Below the pieces are notes generated by a model. The model saw only the letters and a list, made by a program, of their open reading frames with translations, searched no databases and was not told where the DNA came from. 64,000 nt of DNA, from NCBI GenBank assembly GCA_013239625.1, contig MU053487.1, positions 2,749,058 to 2,813,057 on the forward strand. The letters are read 5' to 3'. How positions within the stretch are numbered: position 1 is the first letter of the stretch; the number at the start of each line of letters is the position of its first letter. Both the position numbers and the translations under genes were made by a program. This document shows, one piece after another, positions 63,926 through 64,000 of the stretch. The DNA is from Lama guanicoe. Lineage: Eukaryota.

Positions 63926-64000
63926 GAGATGGGAAGAGAGAGCTAGGAGAGGAAGGGAGGAGCCAGGAGAGGAAGAGGGAAGCCAAAATGCCATTTCCCC

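Noticed and set aside
1..64000. CRISPR array, operon or prokaryotic defence system
   Set aside because: The sequence is mammalian, with no regularly spaced repeats or gene-dense coding structure

Overview
Mammalian genomic DNA, most likely camelid (alpaca, llama or camel), judged from two tRNA-Ala-derived Vic-1-type SINEs. I could not recognise a protein-coding exon, RNA gene, CpG-island promoter or CRISPR array. The ORF track is essentially noise, apart from LINE-1 ORF2 and LINE-2 RT remnants. The window is a mosaic of old interspersed repeats (MIR, L2, L3, MaLR/ERVL LTRs, hAT DNA transposons), several 5'-truncated L1s and repeat-free stretches carrying transcription-factor motif clusters. 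Almost all L1 and LTR copies lie on the minus strand, which suggests the intron of a large plus-strand gene. The clearest structural observations are a twin-primed (5'-inverted) L1, a probable poly(A)-only retro-insertion scar, an unexplained ~540-bp insert that splits an MLT1 LTR, a 35-bp dispersed direct repeat, several nested insertions and a few candidate cryptic exons and enhancers. I found no convincing evidence of a new biological system. Repeat subfamily names come from recalled consensus sequences, not from a database search, and element boundaries are approximate unless a TSD is given.
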